Source: Rahnella victoriana
Lineage (GTDB): Bacteria > Pseudomonadota > Gammaproteobacteria > Enterobacterales > Enterobacteriaceae
Direction of reading: 5' to 3'
NCBI RefSeq assembly: GCF_004330295.1
Contig: NZ_SJOJ01000017.1
Coordinates: 7,284-31,283 of the forward strand
Length of the DNA: 24,000 nucleotides
Of this stretch, positions 7,774 to 15,082 are shown in pieces. The notes under the pieces are model-generated. The model ran no database searches. It was not told the origin of the DNA and saw nothing but the letters and a program-made list of their open reading frames with translations. Every line of letters begins with the position of its first letter. Within the stretch, counting starts at the first letter, position 1. A program made the translations under genes and the position numbers.

Positions 7774-9006
7774 GTGACGATAAGAAAAAGAGTCATCAAC
7801 ACCGGTCACAGTCAGGCCACAGAGACACCGGCGGCACCCGCAGGCAAAGGCCAGAGCCATGCCTGGAAAGAGTTCAGCAAACACATCATGACCGGCATTT
7901 CCTACATGATCCCGGTGCTGATTATGGGCGGTCTGATCGGCGCACTGTCGCAAATCATTCCTTATGTTTTTCTGGGTATGTCGCCGGATGAGTCGATCAT
8001 GGCGGCGCTTAACAGTGGTCGTTTCAGCGGCAGTTCGGTGTGGATGCTGCAAATCGCCAGCATCATGGAAAGCTTTGGTTTCACGCTGTTTGGCTTTGCG
8101 ATACCGATGTTCGCGGCGTTTACCGCCAACTCTATCGGCGGGAAAACGGCACTGGCGGCGGGCTTTATCGGCGGCTATGTGGCGATCAAACCGGTGGCTG
8201 TTCCGGCGCTGGTCGGCGGAGAATGGGCTGCCGTCGCGCCGGTCGCTTCCGGCTTCCTTGGTGCGATCGTGATTGCGTTTGTGGTCGGCTATTTCGTTCG
8301 CTGGCTGAATAACACCATCAAACTGCCGCACAACTGGCTGGCCTTCAAAACCACATTCTTCATCCCGCTGATTTCCGCCATTATGGCGATGTTGCTGATG
8401 GTATTCCTGATCACGCCGGTCGGTGGCTGGCTGAACACGCTGATCAAAGAAGCCTTGCAGGCCGCCGGCGCGGCAGGCACCTACTTCTACGCCACCTTAC
8501 TGGCGGCGGCGACGGCGTTTGACCTGGGCGGTCCGGTCAACAAAGCGGCAGGGTTTGTGGCGCTGGGCTTCACCACCGAAAAAGTGCTGCCGATCACCGC
8601 GCGCTGTCTGGCCATCGTGATCCCGTCGTTTGGCCTGGGGCTGTCAACGGTCATCGATAAATGGCTGGTTGGCCGCCGTGTTTACGACCGCCAGTTCAAT
8701 CAGATTGGCCGCACCGCGATTTTCCTCGGCTTTATGGGCATTTCCGAAGGGTCGATTCCGTTTGCACTGGAACGTCCGGGGTTTGTCATTCCGGTGTACG
8801 TCATCGGTGCCATTATCGGCGCGCTGCTTGGGGTTTCGCTTGGTGCGGTGCAATGGTTCCCGGAATCCGCTATCTGGGCATGGCCGCTGATCAGCAACAT
8901 TCCGGCTTACCTGACCGGTCTGATCGCAGGTTCGCTGTTTATCGCCGTCACCTGCGTGTTCTACCGTAACCGCCTGATCAAAAAAGGCTTACTCGAGATC
9001 GCCTGA
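7774..9006 (+). CDS. PTS fructose-family EIIC permease (FrwC/FryC-like)
   Basis: 410-aa polytopic membrane protein with Gly/Ala-rich helices, including ...FDLGGPVNKAAGF... and ...GISEGSIPFA..., typical of Fru-family IIC. GTG start at 7774 with AAGGAG (7762-7767) 6 nt upstream. The hydrophilic N-terminal 37 aa contain an Ala/Pro linker-like tract (ETPAAPAGKG). Confidence 0.88.
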   Translation: MTIRKRVINTGHSQATETPAAPAGKGQSHAWKEFSKHIMTGISYMIPVLIMGGLIGALSQIIPYVFLGMSPDESIMAALNSGRFSGSSVWMLQIASIMESFGFTLFGFAIPMFAAFTANSIGGKTALAAGFIGGYVAIKPVAVPALVGGEWAAVAPVASGFLGAIVIAFVVGYFVRWLNNTIKLPHNWLAFKTTFFIPLISAIMAMLLMVFLITPVGGWLNTLIKEALQAAGAAGTYFYATLLAAATAFDLGGPVNKAAGFVALGFTTEKVLPITARCLAIVIPSFGLGLSTVIDKWLVGRRVYDRQFNQIGRTAIFLGFMGISEGSIPFALERPGFVIPVYVIGAIIGALLGVSLGAVQWFPESAIWAWPLISNIPAYLTGLIAGSLFIAVTCVFYRNRLIKKGLLEIA

Positions 9007-9020
9007 GTCCGGAGGACACC

Positions 9021-10088
9021 ATGAGTCGTCAGCAACGTCTGACTGCCCTGCGCCAGCAGATGGCAGAGCAGCATATTCCCGCCGTGCTTCTGACCGACAG
9101 GTTCAGCAAATATGCGGTGGCGGATCTGTACAGCGCCTCCGGCTACGTGCTGGTCACAGCAACCGGCCTGTGGATACTGGTCGATGGCCGTTACAGCGCC
9201 GAATGCCAGCAGAACAATCCGGGCGTTGACGTGCTGACCCTCACGGCGCAGCAGACGCTGGCGGACTGTCTCACCCGATATCTGCCCGGCGACCGGCTAT
9301 ATGCCGATGCCAGCGTGTTATCGCATCTGGCATGGCAGGCGCTGGAAAAACAGTGCAAGGTGCCGCTGCAACACCGGGATGCGTCGGCTTTGCGGATACA
9401 TAAATATCCTGATGAAATCGTGAAAATCCGTCAGGCCGCCGCGATAGCCGACCATGCCTTAAAGACGGTGATGCCGCTGATCCAACCGGGCATCAGCGAA
9501 AAAACACTGGCCGACCATCTCGAAATGGCGGTCCGGCAGGCCGGTGGCAGCAAAACGGCCTTCGATACCGTCGTGGTGTCAGGCCCGCGCGGGGCGTTAC
9601 CACACGGGCGTCCGACAGAGAAAAAGCTGATGGCCGGAGAGCTGGTGACGATTGATTTCGGCGCGGTATATCAGCATTACTGTTCCGACATGACGCGGAC
9701 TTTCGCGCTGGGCGAGGTCAGCCCGGCACTGAAAGCGATGTATGACACGGTGTTTATCGCGCAGCAGGCCGCACGCGAGGCGGTCAGGCCGGGGATCCGT
9801 TGTCAGGAACTGGATGCCGTGGCGCGGGATAGCATTTCTGCGGCGGGGTATGGCGACTATTTCAGCCACAATCTCGGGCACGGTCTGGGATTAGATGTTC
9901 ATGAAGCGCCCGCCCTCAGTCCGCAAAATGCGCAACCGCTGGAACCGGGAATGATCATCACGATTGAGCCGGGGATTTATATTCCGGGACTCGGTGGTGT
10001 GAGAATTGAGGATGACGTACGGGTGACCGAAACGGGAGGTGAACTGCTGACGCAGAGTCCACGCCGTTGGGAAGAAATCGTTGTGTAG
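9021..10088 (+). CDS. M24B-family Xaa-Pro amino/dipeptidase (YpdF/PepQ-like)
   Basis: Pita-bread fold metal ligands appear in order: TIDFGAVY (Asp), CSDMTRTF (Asp), HNLGHGLGLDVHE (His), ITIEPGIY (Glu), GGVRIEDDV (Glu). 355 aa. RBS GGAGG is at 9011-9015, 14 nt after the IIC stop. Confidence 0.88.
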   Translation: MSRQQRLTALRQQMAEQHIPAVLLTDRFSKYAVADLYSASGYVLVTATGLWILVDGRYSAECQQNNPGVDVLTLTAQQTLADCLTRYLPGDRLYADASVLSHLAWQALEKQCKVPLQHRDASALRIHKYPDEIVKIRQAAAIADHALKTVMPLIQPGISEKTLADHLEMAVRQAGGSKTAFDTVVVSGPRGALPHGRPTEKKLMAGELVTIDFGAVYQHYCSDMTRTFALGEVSPALKAMYDTVFIAQQAAREAVRPGIRCQELDAVARDSISAAGYGDYFSHNLGHGLGLDVHEAPALSPQNAQPLEPGMIITIEPGIYIPGLGGVRIEDDVRVTETGGELLTQSPRRWEEIVV

Positions 10089-10094
10089 CCGGGC

Positions 10095-10118
10095 TTCTCC
10101 CCCTTCGCAGGGGGAGAA
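10095..10118. repeat. REP-like palindromic unit acting as a bidirectional hairpin between the convergent M24 peptidase gene and argH
   Basis: TTCTCCCCC-ttcgca-GGGGGAGAA, a 9-bp stem. The 20-nt core CTCCCCCTTCGCAGGGGGAG recurs exactly, in inverted orientation, at 18908-18927. Confidence 0.7.
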
Positions 10119-10128
10119 ATTCCAGGAA

Positions 10129-11505
10129 TTACAGCCCTAAACGCGCTTTCGCATCGGCAATTGCCTGTGCGACCTGTTGCGGCGAAACGCCGCCTTTGGC
10201 TGCGCGTTTGTCGAGACAGGATTGCAGCTCAAGGATCGGATACACATCGTCGCCAATCACGCTGCTGAATTTCTGCAAATCGGTCAGCGGCAAGGCTTCC
10301 AGCGCTTTGCCCTGCTTAATCGCCTCCACCACCGCTTCACCGACAATATGGTGCGCTTCGCGGAACGGTACGCCTTTGGCGACCAGATAATCCGCCAGTT
10401 CAGTAGAGTTCGCGTAGCCCTGTTGCGCCGCTTCTTTCGCACGCGGACGTTTCACCTGAATGCCGTCCAGCACCAGAGACGCCATGTTCAGGCAATCCAT
10501 CCAGGTATCGAGCGCGTCGAACAACCCTTCTTTGTCTTCCTGCATGTCTTTGTTGTACGCCAGCGGCAGACCCTTCATGGTCATCATCATGCCGGTCAGG
10601 GCACCCTGCACACGGCCACATTTGCCACGGATCAGCTCCAGCGCATCCGGGTTTTTCTTCTGCGGCATCAGGGAAGACCCTGACGTCACGCGATCGGACA
10701 AATCGATAAACGCCGCTTCGCCGGTATTGAAGAAGATCAGGTCTTCGGCAAAACGGGAAAGGTGAACCATGCTGATCGCCGCGTTGGACAGCAGTTCAAG
10801 AACATGGTCGCGGTCAGACACGCTGTCGAGGCTGTTGCGGGTCGCGGAAGCGAAACCTAACCAGCCTGCCAGCTGTTCGCGATCCATCGGATACGCGGTA
10901 CCGGCCAGCGCGCCACATCCCAGCGGGCTGACGTCCAGACGGGTCAGGGTATCTTTCAGGCGGCTTTCATCACGCGCCAGCATTTCGACATACGCCATGC
11001 ACCAGTGCGCAAACGTCACCGGCTGCGCGCGTTGCAGGTGGGTGTAACCCGGCATCACCGCGTCCTGATTGGCTTCGGCAGTGGCGACCAGCGCCTGCTG
11101 TAAATGATGCAGCGCGTCGCCCAGTTCCACGACCTGCGCTTTGCACCACAGTTTAATGTCAGTCGCGACCTGATCGTTACGGCTGCGGCCGGTATGCAGT
11201 TTCTTACCGAGATTGCCGACTTTGTCGATCAGTTTGCCTTCAACCCAGCTGTGAATATCTTCTGCATCGCTGGCTAAAATAGCGCGCGGGTTGGCACGGA
11301 CTTCTTCCAGCAGAACGGTCAGCGCCTCTTCCAGCTGAATTTGCTCGTCAGCCGTTAAAACGTTGACGGTCACCAGCGCTTTGGACCAGGCCACGGAACC
11401 GACGATGTCCTGCTCTGCCAGCCGGTAATCGAAACGCAATGAGTCATTCAGTTCTTTAAACCGCTGATCCGCTGCCTGAGTAAAACGTCCGCCCCAAAGT
11501 GCCAT
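10129..11505 (-). CDS. argH: Argininosuccinate lyase
   Basis: [45 protein letters not shown] and the [12 protein letters not shown] signature are collinear with E. coli ArgH (457 aa). Confidence 0.97.
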   Translation of the reverse strand: MALWGGRFTQAADQRFKELNDSLRFDYRLAEQDIVGSVAWSKALVTVNVLTADEQIQLEEALTVLLEEVRANPRAILASDAEDIHSWVEGKLIDKVGNLGKKLHTGRSRNDQVATDIKLWCKAQVVELGDALHHLQQALVATAEANQDAVMPGYTHLQRAQPVTFAHWCMAYVEMLARDESRLKDTLTRLDVSPLGCGALAGTAYPMDREQLAGWLGFASATRNSLDSVSDRDHVLELLSNAAISMVHLSRFAEDLIFFNTGEAAFIDLSDRVTSGSSLMPQKKNPDALELIRGKCGRVQGALTGMMMTMKGLPLAYNKDMQEDKEGLFDALDTWMDCLNMASLVLDGIQVKRPRAKEAAQQGYANSTELADYLVAKGVPFREAHHIVGEAVVEAIKQGKALEALPLTDLQKFSSVIGDDVYPILELQSCLDKRAAKGGVSPQQVAQAIADAKARLGL

Positions 11506-11591
11506 TTTCCTGCTCCTGAAATTTTTTATGCAAAAGGGCGCACTCTGCTGCGCCCTGACAAAAGTGTGTACCGGATACGCCGGACGATGCG

Positions 11592-12365
11592 TTACGCCAA
11601 AATGCGTGTGCCGATCGCGACGCCGTTAAACAATGCCGGCAATTGCTCGGCGTGACGCCAGCTGGCGATATCGACCGGACGTCCGAGAGAACGTGCGGCA
11701 TCCAGCGCAGCGTGAACTTTGACGATCATGCCGTCAGTGATAATCCCCTGATCGATAAGCTGCTCGGCTTTCTCCGCACTCATCTCAGGAATGCGCTGGC
11801 CTTTGCCATCGAGAATACCGCTCACATCAGACAGCAGGATCAGATCCGCGCCCAGCGTGGCGGCCAGCGCCGTCGCCGCCTGATCGGCATTGACGTTCAT
11901 CAGTTCACCGGCAGCGGTGATACCGATAGAACTGACAATCGGCAGGTAGCCTGCACCGTGCAGCGTGTTGATCAGCGCCGGATTACCGGCTTCGGCTTTA
12001 CCGACATAGCCCAGTGATTCATCCAGTTGCGTCACGCTGACCGTGCCGCCGTCCGCCAGAGACAGCCCCACCGCATTGATATGATTTTTAACCGCCCAGG
12101 CCAGCAGGGTTTTGTTGGCACTGCCCGCGAGCGCGCCGGTAATGATGTCAATCTGATCCGCCGGAGTCACACGCAGACCGGCTTTTTTCACCACCGGCAG
12201 ATTCAGCTTTTTCATCAGCTCATCAACCAGGCAGCCGCCACCGTGAACAATGACCAGCGGGCGGTGATATTCCTGACGATAAGCCACGACCGCCATGAAC
12301 AGGCGCTCAAGTGCTTCTTCATTGTCCAGCAACACACCACCTAACTTGATGACTAACGGATTCAT
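11592..12365 (-). CDS. argB: Acetylglutamate kinase
   Basis: [21 protein letters not shown]...VIVHGGG...[36 protein letters not shown] matches E. coli ArgB. 257 aa. Confidence 0.97.
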   Translation of the reverse strand: MNPLVIKLGGVLLDNEEALERLFMAVVAYRQEYHRPLVIVHGGGCLVDELMKKLNLPVVKKAGLRVTPADQIDIITGALAGSANKTLLAWAVKNHINAVGLSLADGGTVSVTQLDESLGYVGKAEAGNPALINTLHGAGYLPIVSSIGITAAGELMNVNADQAATALAATLGADLILLSDVSGILDGKGQRIPEMSAEKAEQLIDQGIITDGMIVKVHAALDAARSLGRPVDIASWRHAEQLPALFNGVAIGTRILA

Positions 12366-12497
12366 AGCTGTTCGCGCCCCGACCGGTTGAGAATGTTAAT
12401 TAATAACAATAGGTTTTGATTCAATCTACCACCCCTGCGCGTCTGAATAAACGCTCAGGGGCGGTTGTTTTCTGTTTACTGACAATCTGACGGAGGG

Positions 12498-13502
12498 TTA
12501 AAGCAGTGACTGCGTCTCAGGGAAACCGAAACGGATATTCATGCACTGAACCGCCTGCGCAGATGCGCCTTTCAGCACATTATCTTCCGTGGCGACCACA
12601 ATCAGATGCTCACCTTTCACCGCAAAACCGATATCGCAGAACGGCAGGCCGACCACGTCTTTCAGCGCCGGAACGCCTTTGGTGTACAAGCGCACCAGCG
12701 GTTTATCGTGATAGGCATTATGGAAAGCTTCCGCCACGTCCTGCTCCGTCACACCAGCCTTCAGACGGCAGGTGATGGTCGCCAGAATACCGCGCGGGAA
12801 ATTACCCAGATGCGGAGTGAAAATCACCGGCACCCCAAGATGCTCGACAATTTCAGGATGATGACGATGGTTGAACAATTTGTAAGGCTGAAGGCTGACT
12901 TCACAGAAGCTGTTGCCCAGCGTGGCTTTACGGCCCGCGCCGCTGACGCCGCTGGTGGCGTTGATCACCGGCCACTGGCTGTCGTTGAGCAACCCATTTT
13001 CGATAAGGGGTTTGAGCGCCAGCTGTGACGCAGTCGGGTAGCAACCCGGGACGGCAATCAGCTGTGCGTCTTTTAATTTGTCCGCCTGCCATTCGGCCAG
13101 GCCGTACACGGCTTTATCCAGCAAATCGGTATGCTGATGCTCAAAGCCGTAAAATTCGGTGTAAAACTCAGGTTTGCTGACACGGAAGGCACCGGAGAGA
13201 TCGAAGACCACGCAGCCCGCCGCCAGGAACTGCGGCGCTAAATCGTGGCTGACTTCATGCGCCGTCGCCAGAAACACCACATCGACGCCTTTTGCGGCTT
13301 CCGCCACGTCGGTCAGCGGCCGGACCGGCAGATCGACGATGCCTTTTAATTGAGGATGCAAATCAGAAAGCAATTTTCCTGCATCTGCACTTTGCGCTGA
13401 AACCGTTAAACCGGTTATGTTCATATGTGGGTGGCGATTCAGGTATGCAGCGAGTTCAGCACCGGCATAGCCTGTGGCACCAACAATCAGCGTATTCAAC
13501 AT
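12498..13502 (-). CDS. argC: N-acetyl-gamma-glutamyl-phosphate reductase
   Basis: [16 protein letters not shown]...[16 protein letters not shown] (catalytic Cys)...ATEDN.LKGA.AQAVQC.NIRFG. 334 aa, as in E. coli ArgC. SD GAAGGTG lies upstream. Confidence 0.97.
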   Translation of the reverse strand: MLNTLIVGATGYAGAELAAYLNRHPHMNITGLTVSAQSADAGKLLSDLHPQLKGIVDLPVRPLTDVAEAAKGVDVVFLATAHEVSHDLAPQFLAAGCVVFDLSGAFRVSKPEFYTEFYGFEHQHTDLLDKAVYGLAEWQADKLKDAQLIAVPGCYPTASQLALKPLIENGLLNDSQWPVINATSGVSGAGRKATLGNSFCEVSLQPYKLFNHRHHPEIVEHLGVPVIFTPHLGNFPRGILATITCRLKAGVTEQDVAEAFHNAYHDKPLVRLYTKGVPALKDVVGLPFCDIGFAVKGEHLIVVATEDNVLKGASAQAVQCMNIRFGFPETQSLL

Positions 13503-13576
13503 AGGGCTTGTTCACCTTCTCAATTTTTTGGGTAGGGGCCGGATGAATTTTTTCCGGTTTCCTTACGCGCTGGCTT

Positions 13577-13615
13577 ATTGTATTTTTATTCACAATTATT
13601 GCATGAATATGAATA
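13577..13615. promoter_or_regulatory. Tandem ARG boxes (ArgR operator) of the divergent argE / argCBH promoters
   Basis: Two 18-bp units separated by 3 bp: ATTGTATTTTTATTCACA (13577-13594) and ATTGCATGAATATGAATA (13598-13615). Both approximate the ARG-box consensus tnTGAATwwwwATTCAnw. They sit centrally in the 138-bp argC-argE intergenic region, as in E. coli. Confidence 0.7.
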
Positions 13616-13640
13616 CTACCCTAACTAAAGGCTGTCAACA

Positions 13641-14792
13641 GTGAAGATGAAATTACCTCCTTTTATTGAGCTCTACCGGGCGTTAATCGCAACCCCTTCC
13701 ATCAGCGCCACAGACGCTGCACTGGACCAGAGCAATGAGACGTTAATCAATTTACTGGCAGGCTGGTTCGGTGATTTAGGCTTCAACGTCGAAGTGCAAC
13801 CCGTTCCAGGAACGCGCCATAAATTCAATATGTTAGCCAGTACCGGTACAGGTGCGGGCGGTCTGTTACTGGCCGGTCATACCGACACCGTTCCGTTCGA
13901 TGACGGCCGCTGGACACGTGATCCTTTCACCCTGACCGAGCATGAAAATAAGCTCTATGGTCTGGGCACTGCCGACATGAAAGGTTTCTTCGCCTTTATC
14001 CTCGATTCACTGCGCGATGTCGATCTGACCAAACTGACTAAACCGCTGTATATTCTGGCGACCGCCGATGAAGAAACCACCATGGCCGGTGCCAGCTATT
14101 TCTCCAAAAACGCCAGCATTCGTCCTGACTGCGCGATCATCGGCGAACCGACCTCCCTCAAGCCGGTTCGTGCGCATAAAGGCCATCTGTCGAATGCCAT
14201 TCGTATCACCGGTCAGTCCGGCCATTCCAGCGATCCGTCGCGCGGCGTGAACGCGATTGAGCTGATGCACGAATCGATTACCCATTTAATGACGCTGCGC
14301 AATACGCTGAAAACCCGTTACAACCACAGTGGTTTCGTCATCCCTTACCCGACCATGAACTTTGGTTACATTAACGGCGGCGATGCGCCAAACCGTATCT
14401 GCGCGTGTTGCGAAATGCATATGGATATCCGGCCGCTGCCGGGTCTGACACTCACCGACATTGACGGTCTGCTGAATGAAGCGCTGGCACCGGTCAGCGA
14501 ACGCTGGCCGGGACGTATTGTGATTGAAGAACTGCATCCGCCGATCCCGGGCTATGAATGTCCGCCGGATCACCCGCTGGTGCAGGTGGTTGAGAAGCTG
14601 TTAGGTGTGGAAACGGAAATCGTTAACTACTGCACCGAAGCGCCGTTTATTCAGGAACTGTGTCCGACGCTGGTGCTGGGGCCGGGTTCTATCGATCAGG
14701 CGCATCAGCCAGATGAATATATTGATACGGCGTTCATTAAACCGACTCGCGAGCTGATTTCTCAGGTCGTTCATCACTTCTGTTATCACTGA
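13641..14792 (+). CDS. argE: Acetylornithine deacetylase (M20 family)
   Basis: [21 protein letters not shown]...[46 protein letters not shown]...[13 protein letters not shown] matches E. coli ArgE. 383 aa. The GTG start at 13641 gives the E. coli length; an ATG at 13647 is the alternative. Confidence 0.96.
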   Translation: MKMKLPPFIELYRALIATPSISATDAALDQSNETLINLLAGWFGDLGFNVEVQPVPGTRHKFNMLASTGTGAGGLLLAGHTDTVPFDDGRWTRDPFTLTEHENKLYGLGTADMKGFFAFILDSLRDVDLTKLTKPLYILATADEETTMAGASYFSKNASIRPDCAIIGEPTSLKPVRAHKGHLSNAIRITGQSGHSSDPSRGVNAIELMHESITHLMTLRNTLKTRYNHSGFVIPYPTMNFGYINGGDAPNRICACCEMHMDIRPLPGLTLTDIDGLLNEALAPVSERWPGRIVIEELHPPIPGYECPPDHPLVQVVEKLLGVETEIVNYCTEAPFIQELCPTLVLGPGSIDQAHQPDEYIDTAFIKPTRELISQVVHHFCYH

Positions 14793-14823
14793 TCCTGAAT
14801 GTCGGATTGATGAAGAAACAATC

Positions 14824-14846
14824 AGGGCGCTCACGGGCGCCCTTTG
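14824..14846 (+). terminator. Probable argE terminator (weak T tract)
   Basis: AGGGCGC (14824-14830) pairs with GCGCCCT (14837-14843) around a 6-nt loop, followed only by TTTG. It lies 32 nt after the argE stop. Confidence 0.55.
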
Positions 14847-15082
14847 ATACTGTACAAACGTGCGATTAGCCAAACTGATATCGTCGCGGTTGTAATTAAA
14901 TTTCAGCGACATGGCCAAAAAGACCATTTTTCACGTGAGTGATCGGGGGTTTTTGGGTTAAAACAGGGGCTGAATTTAAAAAGTGTGGCCAGGTTGGCAG
15001 GGTGAACGGGGCAAGAATGCCTGACGGGTGAAAGTTATTTACAGAATATAAAAATTAAACGAGAGAACGGGTCAGAGGTAAT

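Noticed and set aside
7363-8331. 322-aa minus-strand ORF antisense to PTS IIB/IIC. Similar long antisense ORFs occur at 6077-6676, 6836-7426, 3092-3676, 10177-10683, 16385-17248, 17291-17749, 17777-18352, 18892-19422, 20617-20988 and 21040-21585.
   Set aside because: All lie wholly inside well-supported genes on the opposite strand. They have Arg/His/Gln-rich low-complexity composition typical of shadow frames in GC3-rich genes, and they lack SD sequences and recognisable motifs.
14601-14927. 108-aa minus-strand ORF overlapping the argE 3' end and terminator.
   Set aside because: It is antisense to argE and has no motif or RBS. The region downstream of argE is better explained by the terminator and the ppc promoter region.
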